A DNA stretch of 64,000 nt, from the IMG/VR virus record IMGVR_UViG_3300005461_000343. The stretch is one strand, 5' to 3'. The stretch is from an uncultured virus (IMG/VR IMGVR_UViG_3300005461_000343). Taxonomy: Duplodnaviria > Heunggongvirae > Uroviricota > Caudoviricetes. A model generated the notes under the pieces. The model did not search any database, was not told the origin of the DNA, and saw only the letters and a program-made list of their open reading frames with translations. Numbering within the stretch: the stretch's first letter is position 1; every line of letters starts with the position of its first letter. This document shows, piece after piece, positions 26,048 to 36,040 of this stretch. The position numbers and the translations under genes are program-made.

Positions 26048-28009
26048 ATGAAACGACTTATTCCTAAATCACGGTTTTCCCGACGCCCCACGACGGTTGA
26101 TAGCGTCAAGCACCGCATCAAGATATCAGGCACGGACAAGACCAACATACCTTTACTGTCTAGGTGCCAAAACGCTTGGGAAAACCTTAGCGATTTCAGG
26201 GCCACCCGTCTTCGTAATTTCCGTTACGTGTTCGGTGACCAATGGGGTGATATCGTGGTGGACAAGGACGGGGAAAGGGTGAAGGAACGCGATAGGATAG
26301 CGAGGCGTACGGGAGGGGTCGCTTTGCAGAACAATCATCTTTTCAAGATCGTAAATACTTTGGCGGGGTTATACGCAAAGACCGCTACCCTTCCCGTATG
26401 TTTCGCCCGGCAGAAAGACGCGGATACCAAGTCACAGATGATGACGGACGCTTTACAGACCAACTGGGAAAATAACCTTATGAAAGATGTCCTCACCTCT
26501 GAGATGATAGAGTTTATTTGCGGTGGATGCGCCGTGGTAACGGAAGAATGGTCTAGCCATGACGATATAGAGGACAGCTACACCTACGTGGTCAACCCTT
26601 CCTATTTCTTCTATGAGTCGAAAGCCAATGATCCAAGGCACTGGGATGATTCCTTGATCGGGGAGATCCGTGACTATACATTAGGCGAGCTGGCCTCGGT
26701 ATTAGCGGAGTCCGAGTATGATTACAGGCAATTGGAGGAGATTTACTCATCTTGGCTCAATCGTATGGAAAATCTGGGAACCCAGCAGACGGATCGTTTC
26801 ATGGACGAGTCTTTTGACACGCCTCCCGCCGCCGACCTGTGCCGGACCTACCATGTTTGGACACTGGAGAACAAGCCTAGATACCGTTGCGTGGATATCA
26901 TGGACACCGATGATCCTATATACAGGATAGAGCTTAGCGATCTTCCTGTTATCAAGAGAGAGAACGAGGATCGTATGCGTATGGGAATATCTCAGGGATT
27001 ACCACCGGAGGAGATTCCATTGATAGAATACACCTATATAATAGATCAATATTGGCATTTCCAAATGCTATCACCGGACGGACGTGTACTTACCGAGTAT
27101 GACACGCCTTATGAATATAAGTCTCACCCCTATATTTACAAGCTACACTATTTGGTGAATGGACGGACAGTTCCTTTTATTTCCGTTATCATAGATCAGC
27201 AACGATACATCAACCGGCTGATCATGCTTAACGACTTGGCTATCCAATCAGCGGTAAAGGGAGTAAAGATGATCCCTAAAGACTCCGTTCCGGACGGGAT
27301 GTCCAATCGTGAGTTCGCCGAGCAATTCGTTGAGATCGGATCATTTATTTTTTACGAGCCGTCCAAGAGCGGGAACAAACCGGAAGTCATAACATCGAAC
27401 TCTACCAATATCGGTACCACGGAGCTATTGCAATTACAATTGAGTTTCATAAACGATATAACGTCCGTGTCGGAAGCCTTGCAAGGGAAAACCCCGTCGG
27501 GATCAACAGCGGCAAGCAGATATGCCATGGAAACACAGAACTCCACTACATCTATCGCTACGTTACTAACCAAGTTCTCCACGTTCGAGGCCGAGATCGC
27601 TCGCAAGAAGATGAAAACGATCCATCAATATTATCAATCCCCAAGGAATATATCGATGGAGAGATCCGCGGGTTATGCCACTTATAATGAGTATGACCCG
27701 AAGACAGTCCAAGATATAGATTTCAAGGTCAACATCAAGGAATCCGCTGAATCTCCGGTAGCGAGAATGATGTTAAACGACTTGGTGAAGGAATTATGGA
27801 TGGCCGGAGCCATTTCCGCGGAGCAAATGTTATCACTATCATATTACCCCGGATCAGACCAGATACTTCAGTCCATTCAATCCAACAAACAAGCCGTTGA
27901 GCAAGGTGGAAATATCCAAGGTATCCCATCGGATCAAATGAACGCGATCAACGGACAGGTTGATCAAGACGCGCTCAATAAGACACGACAAGCCTTGATG
28001 TCAGCATAG
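26048..28009 (+). CDS. Portal protein (P22 gp1-like)
   Basis: About 650 aa with RYVFGDQW, N.L.KIV..LAG, IIDQQRYINRL and ITSVSEALQG...STAASR; Q-rich tail. Start placed at ATG 26048. Confidence 0.8.
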   Translation: MKRLIPKSRFSRRPTTVDSVKHRIKISGTDKTNIPLLSRCQNAWENLSDFRATRLRNFRYVFGDQWGDIVVDKDGERVKERDRIARRTGGVALQNNHLFKIVNTLAGLYAKTATLPVCFARQKDADTKSQMMTDALQTNWENNLMKDVLTSEMIEFICGGCAVVTEEWSSHDDIEDSYTYVVNPSYFFYESKANDPRHWDDSLIGEIRDYTLGELASVLAESEYDYRQLEEIYSSWLNRMENLGTQQTDRFMDESFDTPPAADLCRTYHVWTLENKPRYRCVDIMDTDDPIYRIELSDLPVIKRENEDRMRMGISQGLPPEEIPLIEYTYIIDQYWHFQMLSPDGRVLTEYDTPYEYKSHPYIYKLHYLVNGRTVPFISVIIDQQRYINRLIMLNDLAIQSAVKGVKMIPKDSVPDGMSNREFAEQFVEIGSFIFYEPSKSGNKPEVITSNSTNIGTTELLQLQLSFINDITSVSEALQGKTPSGSTAASRYAMETQNSTTSIATLLTKFSTFEAEIARKKMKTIHQYYQSPRNISMERSAGYATYNEYDPKTVQDIDFKVNIKESAESPVARMMLNDLVKELWMAGAISAEQMLSLSYYPGSDQILQSIQSNKQAVEQGGNIQGIPSDQMNAINGQVDQDALNKTRQALMSA

Positions 28010-28179
28010 AGGATAAAGTGTAATGTGAATGTCACTTTCTTTTCCCTTCTATGCTCATCAAGTACCTGATCCTAGACTTAATCTCGTGAAAGTTTATAGG
28101 CTCAAACGACAACGATTCTATAAGGCGATCTATCTCCCGTCTTACAGAATCGTTTCTTTTCTTGTTATGTGATCGTGTT

Positions 28180-28671
28180 CTAATCATCCATGGCACACAT
28201 ATAAATCCAGACCTTGCCTTCAGGAGCATCATCGTCAAGGAAATAGAAATTTATAGCGTCCTCGATGATCCTCTTATCCGCATCCGGACCGAACCATTCC
28301 GTGAATTTAATCTCCTTGTCATGCCAGTTCGCGTTAAGAGCAACGTACACGTCCCATATGTTGGTATTTCCCGGTATGCTCATGCCTTTTATAGCGGTAG
28401 CCACCTGCTCCATATTCCAGTGCTCGCCTTTATGCTCTCCCGCCTTGCCTTTATGACGCATTGCCGCCACGTCCATCCTAGCAAAGCACTCATTATAATG
28501 AGGCCCGCAAAAAACCTCATGTATATCACGTATGGCCTCGTCATACTTCTCGGGATCTTTTTCCTTTAGACACTCCATCGCCTCGTCCAGTTCTCCTATG
28601 GCCTCCCACATCTTTTTTTCGGATACCATCCCTTTTGAGTGGTAATCCTTCATCAGTTCTTTGTAACGCAT
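28180..28671 (-). CDS. Conserved gut-phage hypothetical protein (GPHY/GEHW motifs)
   Basis: GPHYNECFA...GEHWNMEQ...WDVYVALN...WHD...FLDDDAPEGKVWIY. Confidence 0.7.
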   Translation of the reverse strand: MRYKELMKDYHSKGMVSEKKMWEAIGELDEAMECLKEKDPEKYDEAIRDIHEVFCGPHYNECFARMDVAAMRHKGKAGEHKGEHWNMEQVATAIKGMSIPGNTNIWDVYVALNANWHDKEIKFTEWFGPDADKRIIEDAINFYFLDDDAPEGKVWIYMCAMDD

Positions 28672-28697
28672 GATCTTGCTTTTTAAACATTAATGAA

Positions 28698-29114
28698 TCA
28701 AGCGCCGGGAGCCGCTGGAAAGGTAGCGGAAATAGTCAATGGGGTAGCCAAACTTACACCGTAGGCACGGTTACAACACTTGACCTTCTCGGGCGTGACT
28801 TGGGTGACGAGAGGGGTAAGAGATATCGTGGGAACAGCGCCAGCGGCCCCGATAAAAGCTACCTTGAATTGCTCGACCCATTGCTTGGTAACTGTCCTGC
28901 AGGATCCCTTGGGCGTATAAGCCACAAGTACGGCGGCATTGATCGTAACCGTCGTTTGCGTATTCACCGTACTCTGCTCGGCGACGGTGAAATTGACTAT
29001 GCCGGTAGGCTGTACGCCATTGTCTGCGCAATAGGCCTGACACAAATTCTCCACTACATTAGTCAAGTATTGTTGGCTGGTAGCGGCGATCGCAATTGGT
29101 GTTAATTGAATCAT
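28698..29114 (-). CDS. Beta-rich hypothetical protein
   Basis: T/V/A-rich protein with LCQAYC and CC motifs. Confidence 0.65.
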   Translation of the reverse strand: MIQLTPIAIAATSQQYLTNVVENLCQAYCADNGVQPTGIVNFTVAEQSTVNTQTTVTINAAVLVAYTPKGSCRTVTKQWVEQFKVAFIGAAGAVPTISLTPLVTQVTPEKVKCCNRAYGVSLATPLTISATFPAAPGA

Positions 29115-29136
29115 GATCGTAATTATTATTGATTAT

Positions 29137-29607
29137 TTATTTATCCACATCATCACCTTGTGGAATAGGTTCCTCTGTCAATACCTCGTATGAGCCGGTC
29201 TTTTCCGGGACCGGAAGATTGTAACGCAACAACGTCCTTAGTTCCTCCAAGTCATCGGTCTCGAACTCGACCTTTCCCTCAAACAGGGAAAGCCCGCCGT
29301 TTCTTATAGCGTCCTCCACCACCTTGTGCGCCAACTCCGGGATAGCCTCATCGGGGATGCCTTGAAGGTACCGAGCCAACATCGGCTCAACTAATGAGGA
29401 TGACAATCCGTCTAGCAATGGGGATATCTCCTTGGATATGCTCCACATGGGACTTACCCAACCCGTGGAGCGTAACTTAGCGTCTATGTTCGCTATAAAA
29501 GGAAGTTGTCCCAACCGGGTTCCCAAGAGACCTTGGATAGCGGGCTGTGCCCACTTATTGAGCACAGCCGCCAGTTTTTGAGCGTTAGAGTACATGGCCA
29601 TCATCAA
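29137..29607 (-). CDS. Hypothetical protein
   Basis: Operonic; overlaps the upstream stop. Confidence 0.65.
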   Translation of the reverse strand: MMMAMYSNAQKLAAVLNKWAQPAIQGLLGTRLGQLPFIANIDAKLRSTGWVSPMWSISKEISPLLDGLSSSLVEPMLARYLQGIPDEAIPELAHKVVEDAIRNGGLSLFEGKVEFETDDLEELRTLLRYNLPVPEKTGSYEVLTEEPIPQGDDVDK

Positions 29608-30104
29608 TTACATCCGCAACATCCCGTATCGCAAACCTTACGCTGCGGGATCACCAACTCGCTCAATGCCGCTAGATCCGCGATCTGCTGTTGCATGCAC
29701 TTCAATGTAGCGGTGTTAGTCCCATTGTAAACGGCTTGGTTCATGTTAATTGAGGCTTGTTCCTCCTTGTTCCTGTTGATGATTGTCAACAAGCGGTCAT
29801 AAACATCCGCCAACTTTTGATCAGTGTAAGTGTTGGCTTTCAACAAGGCGATCTCCGAGTCCTTAGCGGAAATCTTATCCATCATCCCTGCCTCATAGCG
29901 GGAAATAGGCCTGTCTTCGGATGTGATTACCTCGACCGGACCGCCATATCCAGCGTTCCTTACGTTGCCACAACCACCCAAAAGATTCCCGGCGTTCAAT
30001 CCCAAGAAAGAAGCGATACCTGCAGAAGCTCCCACGGTGTTGTAATTACCTTGGCCTTGCCCGGTGACACTGTACTCCTCACCATTCATTCCTTTAATTC
30101 TCAT
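29604..30104 (-). CDS. Gly-rich hydrophobic, coiled-coil protein with CCGCN tail
   Basis: TVGASAGIASFLGL hydrophobic segment, KDSEIALLKANTYTDQKL coiled coil, C-terminal VCDTGCCGCN. Confidence 0.7.
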   Translation of the reverse strand: MRIKGMNGEEYSVTGQGQGNYNTVGASAGIASFLGLNAGNLLGGCGNVRNAGYGGPVEVITSEDRPISRYEAGMMDKISAKDSEIALLKANTYTDQKLADVYDRLLTIINRNKEEQASINMNQAVYNGTNTATLKCMQQQIADLAALSELVIPQRKVCDTGCCGCN

Positions 30105-30195
30105 AACCTAGATTTTTTAATGATCATGTCCGGGTATCCCGGACACCACAAAAATCCAGAGAAGTCCATACCATGGGAAATATCTTGTTCCTAGC

Positions 30196-30495
30196 TTATT
30201 CCTTATTCATTCCTAGTTTGTTCCTGACCTCCCGGTCAAGCATATGTATCATCCAATTACGCCTTATCCTATCTGGGAAATCATTCTTGATCCTATTAAC
30301 GCCCCGTCTGGTAAGCCCTGTAAGATCGGCCACAACTTTCTCCGAGTACCCCTTATCCAAGAGTATTATAATGAGAATACCACGGGCGTTAACGCATTCC
30401 TCACGGTTAAATGACATCATGTCTACGGGATCAACCCCGCATACCTCACCAGCGATACAAATCACTCGCTTGTAAAACTCCTCGACCTTGTTCAT
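30196..30495 (-). CDS. DnaA C-terminal-like HTH regulator
   Basis: EVCGVDP.DMMS.NREECVNARGILI..L..KGYSEKVVADLTGLTRRGVNRI. Confidence 0.65.
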   Translation of the reverse strand: MNKVEEFYKRVICIAGEVCGVDPVDMMSFNREECVNARGILIIILLDKGYSEKVVADLTGLTRRGVNRIKNDFPDRIRRNWMIHMLDREVRNKLGMNKE

Positions 30496-30650
30496 TTTTT
30501 TGTAGATTTCATTAACAAAATAACGCCACGCATGTTATATAAGGGAAGCCCCGAATAACATACATGGCTAGTTATGTCTTTCCTCCGGAAGGTCGAAGAG
30601 TCGGAGGAATAGGGGCTTTATTCAATACCCGCCCCTATGGGTATTACTCA

Positions 30651-31118
30651 TTACCAGATCCTATAGAATCCTCCTATACCTACATAAGGTGATAGTCCAT
30701 GCTTTCCGATCCCATAACCGGCTATCGCGCCGATTCCCCATCTACGTGGGGTGATCGTCTTGGTTATATACTCAGTCTTGCGATATACATCGATGTAATC
30801 AAGATTAGGCTTGTAACCCGAAATTGAAAGTCGGTAATCATCCGTCTTGTACTCCTTTTGAGTTATCGGTAAAGGAACATATACAGGTTCCTTTACCGTG
30901 TCACCGTCCAACGTGATATAAACAGGGAACGGCTCAGGTATTGTTCGTACCAGTGTCTCATAAACCGGGTACGGGATGCTGTCGTGTATCGTATCGACAA
31001 GAGTGACCGTGTCTGTATTTGATATCGAATCACCGGCCACATCCCCCCGGATATGGTAGCCAGCCGTGAAACTGGCTACCAAGCACACTAGTATTAATAT
31101 TGCTTGCCACGGTTTCAT
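30651..31118 (-). CDS. Putative spanin-like lysis accessory protein
   Basis: N-terminal TM, T/D/V-rich stalk, C-terminal amphipathic beta hairpin ending in W; located in the lysis cassette. Confidence 0.55.
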   Translation of the reverse strand: MKPWQAILILVCLVASFTAGYHIRGDVAGDSISNTDTVTLVDTIHDSIPYPVYETLVRTIPEPFPVYITLDGDTVKEPVYVPLPITQKEYKTDDYRLSISGYKPNLDYIDVYRKTEYITKTITPRRWGIGAIAGYGIGKHGLSPYVGIGGFYRIW

Positions 31119-31513
31119 TTTGCGATTCCCTCAATACGGATGCGCTCAATAAGGATTTGCCTATAAGCTTCCATCGCTCCGAATTGTGCACGTAGCAATA
31201 CTTGCTTTTGCGTTGACAATCCTTTGAACATATCCGTACCAAAAAACTTACCTAGCTTTTCTTGTTTATCGGATAATTCGGACAATTCTATTTGGAGACG
31301 ATCCGTAAACGTATCACAGACCTTATAAGCCTTCTCGAATGGCCCTGCTGGACTCCATGACTCGTAACCGTCTTGATACTTCACATGATAGCCAGCATTT
31401 GACTTCTCGCTTTCGTTAGGTACTCTTCCTGCTTGTAGCAATCCTTTATCAAACGCTTCGCTCATTGTCATAGGTTCTGCTTCAATCTGTTTTGTTCCAA
31501 TATATTTTTTCAT
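31115..31513 (-). CDS. Two-domain small phage protein (KYIGTK...YESWSP...FEKAY plus crAss001_48-like helical domain)
   Basis: MKKYIGTKQIEAEPM...GYHVKYQDGYESWSP..FEKAY followed by DRLQIELSEL...LLRAQ..AM.AY..IL.ERI. Confidence 0.7.
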   Translation of the reverse strand: MKKYIGTKQIEAEPMTMSEAFDKGLLQAGRVPNESEKSNAGYHVKYQDGYESWSPAGPFEKAYKVCDTFTDRLQIELSELSDKQEKLGKFFGTDMFKGLSTQKQVLLRAQFGAMEAYRQILIERIRIEGIAK

Positions 31514-31555
31514 CTTATTTTACGCTAACCTCTACAGCATTAGGTCTTGTTATTG

Positions 31556-31966
31556 TTAAAGTAAATTCCATCCAGCTATAACGTCCGACATTTCGGCCTC
31601 CCTACCGTTCTCGACCTTGCTCATCCCCGCTACTATCCGAGTCATTTGCTCACGATCGTTTATATCTACAGGATCATCAGCCGGGATGCCGGCGTAATTG
31701 GACACGGCTTTAATGTAAACCTCCGTATCATTCTCGTTTTCCGGCGCCCAGCGACCGATCATCTTGCGGATCGTATCCAGTCCGTAGTTCTTGCGATAAT
31801 TAGATAGGATACGGAATACCGCCCTGTATCCATAGGCCATCGTCTCGAACTGCTTAAATGATTTATCTCGGCTAGGTCTAACCTCTCCTTGGAACAAGTC
31901 TCCGTTGATCCGGATGTTTCCCGGGTTGTTGTTTCTCAAACCTCTAGGTAAATAGTTTTCTTCCAT
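31556..31966 (-). CDS. Putative endolysin (RNNNPGNIR lysozyme-like family)
   Basis: PRGLRNNNPGNIR...F...AYGYRA...RWAPENENDT..Y...VENG; directly downstream of the holin. Confidence 0.75.
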   Translation of the reverse strand: MEENYLPRGLRNNNPGNIRINGDLFQGEVRPSRDKSFKQFETMAYGYRAVFRILSNYRKNYGLDTIRKMIGRWAPENENDTEVYIKAVSNYAGIPADDPVDINDREQMTRIVAGMSKVENGREAEMSDVIAGWNLL

Positions 31967-31985
31967 TTCTATTTGATTTTATTTG

Positions 31986-32089
31986 TATATTTGTGACGCT
32001 TTGTTAACCTTGCTATCCTCCCTTGCGAAAGACAGGAAGCTAAAATTTATCCGGCTCCCCTATCCTTTTGGATCTGGGGAGCCTTTTTT
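31986..32089 (+). ncRNA. Putative antisense small RNA in the lysis cassette
   Basis: TATATTTG promoter element at 31986-31993 and terminator GGCTCCCC...GGGGAGCC-TTTTTT at 32053-32089. Confidence 0.5.
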
Positions 32090-32551
32090 ATTCTTTGTCT
32101 TGTTATACTCATCCAAGAAATTGACTTTGCTTATAAATTTTACGGCGGCAACCCAATACAAGAAGGCTATCACCTTGTTATCCGGGAATACCTTGCCCAT
32201 GTTCTTCAAGACATTGGTCCCGTAAAACCATATCATCGCCCACGTGATCCAAGACACGAAAGCCTTGGCGTTATCCTCCGATATATCCATCATCACGCCT
32301 ATCCAGAATGAGATAATTATGATCAGGAAATAGACTAGCATGTACACCCAGCTACGGATGAACTTGCTTTTCCGGAAATCCCCGTGATCCGCAGCCAACC
32401 CCCAGAACGTATCGATGAAGGCCAGCGACAGGATCACCACCAAGAAGTTCTCGATAGGCGAAACAAAGTCCATCGCCGTGACAACGGCGGCTATGGCGAT
32501 GGACTTGGCCCAGTTAGCGAGGTCGGATATGTAGGAGAGATAACGGTACAT
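32060..32551 (-). CDS. Holin (phage holin 4-like)
   Basis: Three to four TM segments, D..WGL.A motif, upstream of the endolysin. Confidence 0.75.
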   Translation of the reverse strand: MYRYLSYISDLANWAKSIAIAAVVTAMDFVSPIENFLVVILSLAFIDTFWGLAADHGDFRKSKFIRSWVYMLVYFLIIIISFWIGVMMDISEDNAKAFVSWITWAMIWFYGTNVLKNMGKVFPDNKVIAFLYWVAAVKFISKVNFLDEYNKTKNKKGSPDPKG

Positions 32552-32575
32552 ACCTTTATATACTTATAGTAATAT

Positions 32576-35500
32576 TTACAAAGTCAATCTATATACACCT
32601 AGGCCATTGTTTATAGCAACCCATAACGCCCCTTCGTAGATAGTACAATCTTCAGGCTCTTCTATTATAACGTTATTTAGGTTTATCTGATTAGTAAGTT
32701 CATGACTAGTTGTATCATAAACTTTTATTTGCCTATTTGATGATTCTGTTCCGAAAACAAAATAAATCTTTCCGTCATTTACACAGCAACCTTGAGATAC
32801 ACTTTCCTCATAATTGTATCCATCTTCTATCCATTGGTCAATGATATCATGTTCGGATAAAATAATATCACCATCATTAGGATTAGGCATATTAAACTTA
32901 TAAAAACGCAAGCTATCTACAGGTGTAGACGCATCACCTGTTCTTCCAATCCCAATAGCCCACAAATACCCATCATCTCCAGCTATTACATTAAGAGTGT
33001 GTTTATCAAAATAAGAACTGAAACTAATACTTTGAACTGTTACCGATCCATTCAAAGTCAATTGTTCAACTCTACATATATTTTTTAATAATGTACTTAC
33101 ATACAATAGAGGAAATTCTTCTCCTTCTCTTTTGCTAGGGGCAAAAGAAGCCGAATTACAATGGTTTTTTACAGTTTCAGAGTAAGATCCTAGTGGAAAT
33201 TTAGCTAATTCAAACATGTTATAATTATTTGACACATCAAATATTTGGCAATATCCTTTGTCATACAATCTCACAAGATAATTATTATAAATATCACAAC
33301 CCTGTGAAGATAATGTGGCACCTTCATAGGTTATATTGTTCTTCATACAATACATCCCTAACCTTTGTATGTTACCTTTATTGACCGAAGGAAGTACTAT
33401 TTTATCCCCAGTATAGGTTATACCCCTGTATCCCTCGTTTAATACATAAGACGTTACGTCCTGCAAACTAACTGTAAGTTCAATACCTTCTGCACCTTCA
33501 TGTAACAGGATGTATACTCTAGCTGATGGATATGAATTTCTTGCCTTATAAATACTGCTAAAAGGATGTTTCACATACTCTTTGTCTAATAAGCTTATGT
33601 TATAATTATAACCTAGCCCTAATGTAAAACGAGTACCACCTATAACACTCGGGCTGCTAATAGTTATTCTGTAATATCTACCAGCCTTGACTTGGATATT
33701 TGGTATCACTGTCCAAGCATTTGTATTATTCGTAGGTCTGTTTTTAGTAACCCATTTAGTTGTAATAACATCAGATTCTAAATCTTGAGAAAAATAATGG
33801 TAATAAACAGGAGATTCACATTCAACTCCATCCGCATAACTATCTCTTTCAATGACTTTTGATCTAACACCAAATCGACTACCAACTGAACCTAATTGAT
33901 GATAACTCCTATTCGAAGTATCATCATTACCAAAAATATAAAAATCATAATATCCTCTATGGGTATTTCTTTTACGCAAGTTATATTTTCCTGCTGGATA
34001 ATTTTTCATATCCTCTACTGCCTTATCAAAAGTGGCATTTGCATCTCTATATACCCCATAGCTATCATTAGCTGTTCCTAACCATTGTATAGTAAAATGC
34101 AAATCATTTACATCTACCGTATCATCACTTTTTCTAATTCTAAAGTGCCTATAGAATTTGGTTGCTTGACCAAAGAAACTTACACCTTCATACAGTTCTT
34201 CAGGAGTAAAAGTCTCACCAAAATCAGGAAGAGATATTGAGCATCCTATTAGACTGTCTGTTTTTAATGTTATTTCATATGTGTTTCCATCATATATTGG
34301 GTAGAACCCAAGACCTGTAGTATCTGTCGGATCAGTATTTGAAACCCATTTCCCACTCATCTTTGCCATTGACAAGTATAGTGGTTCCCATGACTCAAAA
34401 GTAATATTACCATCTTCTCCTATTGTTCCGTTTCTAAACTTTATATAAGGATTTGATGTACCATGCACAATCTGAGAAACAACCTGAGTTACAGTCTTAG
34501 TGACATTGTTATAAGATACTTGCATAAGTGCTGAGTCTCTATAACTTGCGTTATCATTCCTAACATAAACCCCAGGTTTAAGATACTCATCTTCATGATT
34601 TAGTTCAAATGTAGGAATCACTGTATAATCAGTACTAATATCCCTTATGTTTACTGTAACATTTGCCCCAGAAGTACAGTTCTCCATATACACTCTAGCA
34701 TTGTTTGTGTCAACTGTAGCTTTCTTATATACCGTAGCTTCGGTAACATTTCCTATAATAATAGACCCATTACCCCCTAACCCAACAGAAGCCTTGTCTG
34801 ATAAAGGAATATCAGAATGTACCGATATCTTATAGATACGTCCTGCTTTTACTGGTAAAATTCTAGGGATAACAGAATCACCTGTTGGGTCATTGGTAAG
34901 AGTTGCCGAATATGTTATACCACCACTTGACTCTAAAAGAAGTTGGCTTATTTTAGGCAATAAAGCTTCCTTAAGACTTATAGGCTTCGCATCTGTTCCA
35001 ACCCATGGTGCTTTAGTATGACTTTTCGTGAACACATATAAAAGACCTTCATGACGGACAACTTCCCCTTCAGCATATTCATAGTCCTCTCCAAAAGTCG
35101 TGAAATCATTAAACCCTACTATTTCACTAATAGCCTTTTGGCTCATGACCTCCGTCTCACTATTCCCGATCGTCTGCACCACCCCGGCGGCTATGCTTTG
35201 GAAAACCCCGTTATCTCTCCATCCTGAATCGTTATACACGTACATCCGGTATATAGGATTCTTATGTTCCGTGTCCTCCGCTGCGTACGTAGGACCTACC
35301 ATGTAGATATCACCCTGTTTCACGCCCGTAGAGGGAAGGGCTGACGATGTAGCGACATACCCTTTTATATACAGGTCTTGCGTGAACGGCTTTGACAGGT
35401 CTGACCATGTTTTCTGATCCCTTGATATCTGGATCTTATTGTCTTGATAGCGGAACCAAGCGGCGATATACTCAGAGATCTCATTCCATACCTCTCCATC

Positions 35501-36019
35501 ATACGAGTATCGCAGCTTGTTATTAACCGTGCGAAGCATGGGAGTAAGCCCGTTGTCCCCTTTAGGCCCCTGTGCCTTGAAGCCGGTATCAACGCCATCT
35601 TGAAACCAATTTCCGTTAGAGCCTATGGTTATGTTACCCCCGACCGGAAGGGCGTCCGTTATCCTAGTCCAAGAGGAGTCAAGACGGAAGAAATCATCGG
35701 CGATACAAAGATCATAGGTGAGTTTCTCCGTTATCGTCTCCTCGTCAAGGTTCTTGTAAGTGATTATGATACCCTTCCTTCTCATCCAGAAAGGCAATTG
35801 TATACGGGTATCCCCCGCCGATCCCATCCAAGGCAAATACACGTTGTTGCATTTCCACAATATGGAATCAAGCCTCTCTTTCGTCCTAGCGTCATATACG
35901 GCCTGAATGTATGTCAACGGATAGATAGGAAAACGCTCGTTCTTATCCTTGGCCAGCTTGTCTAGCTGCTGTACGCTATCCCTCTCGTAACCCTCGCAAA
36001 TATCTTTTCGCTCTTCCAT
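32576..36019 (-). CDS. Tail fibre / receptor-binding protein 2
   Basis: Anchor-type N-terminus (IYPLTYIQAV, GNWFQDGVDTG.KAQGPKGD) and an AT-rich C-terminal part ending in a beta-propeller-like domain (SQGC, HCNSASF, EPED). Confidence 0.7.
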   Translation of the reverse strand: MEERKDICEGYERDSVQQLDKLAKDKNERFPIYPLTYIQAVYDARTKERLDSILWKCNNVYLPWMGSAGDTRIQLPFWMRRKGIIITYKNLDEETITEKLTYDLCIADDFFRLDSSWTRITDALPVGGNITIGSNGNWFQDGVDTGFKAQGPKGDNGLTPMLRTVNNKLRYSYDGEVWNEISEYIAAWFRYQDNKIQISRDQKTWSDLSKPFTQDLYIKGYVATSSALPSTGVKQGDIYMVGPTYAAEDTEHKNPIYRMYVYNDSGWRDNGVFQSIAAGVVQTIGNSETEVMSQKAISEIVGFNDFTTFGEDYEYAEGEVVRHEGLLYVFTKSHTKAPWVGTDAKPISLKEALLPKISQLLLESSGGITYSATLTNDPTGDSVIPRILPVKAGRIYKISVHSDIPLSDKASVGLGGNGSIIIGNVTEATVYKKATVDTNNARVYMENCTSGANVTVNIRDISTDYTVIPTFELNHEDEYLKPGVYVRNDNASYRDSALMQVSYNNVTKTVTQVVSQIVHGTSNPYIKFRNGTIGEDGNITFESWEPLYLSMAKMSGKWVSNTDPTDTTGLGFYPIYDGNTYEITLKTDSLIGCSISLPDFGETFTPEELYEGVSFFGQATKFYRHFRIRKSDDTVDVNDLHFTIQWLGTANDSYGVYRDANATFDKAVEDMKNYPAGKYNLRKRNTHRGYYDFYIFGNDDTSNRSYHQLGSVGSRFGVRSKVIERDSYADGVECESPVYYHYFSQDLESDVITTKWVTKNRPTNNTNAWTVIPNIQVKAGRYYRITISSPSVIGGTRFTLGLGYNYNISLLDKEYVKHPFSSIYKARNSYPSARVYILLHEGAEGIELTVSLQDVTSYVLNEGYRGITYTGDKIVLPSVNKGNIQRLGMYCMKNNITYEGATLSSQGCDIYNNYLVRLYDKGYCQIFDVSNNYNMFELAKFPLGSYSETVKNHCNSASFAPSKREGEEFPLLYVSTLLKNICRVEQLTLNGSVTVQSISFSSYFDKHTLNVIAGDDGYLWAIGIGRTGDASTPVDSLRFYKFNMPNPNDGDIILSEHDIIDQWIEDGYNYEESVSQGCCVNDGKIYFVFGTESSNRQIKVYDTTSHELTNQINLNNVIIEEPEDCTIYEGALWVAINNGLGVYRLTL

Positions 36020-36040
36020 GATGTATCGTGCTTTAGTTCG

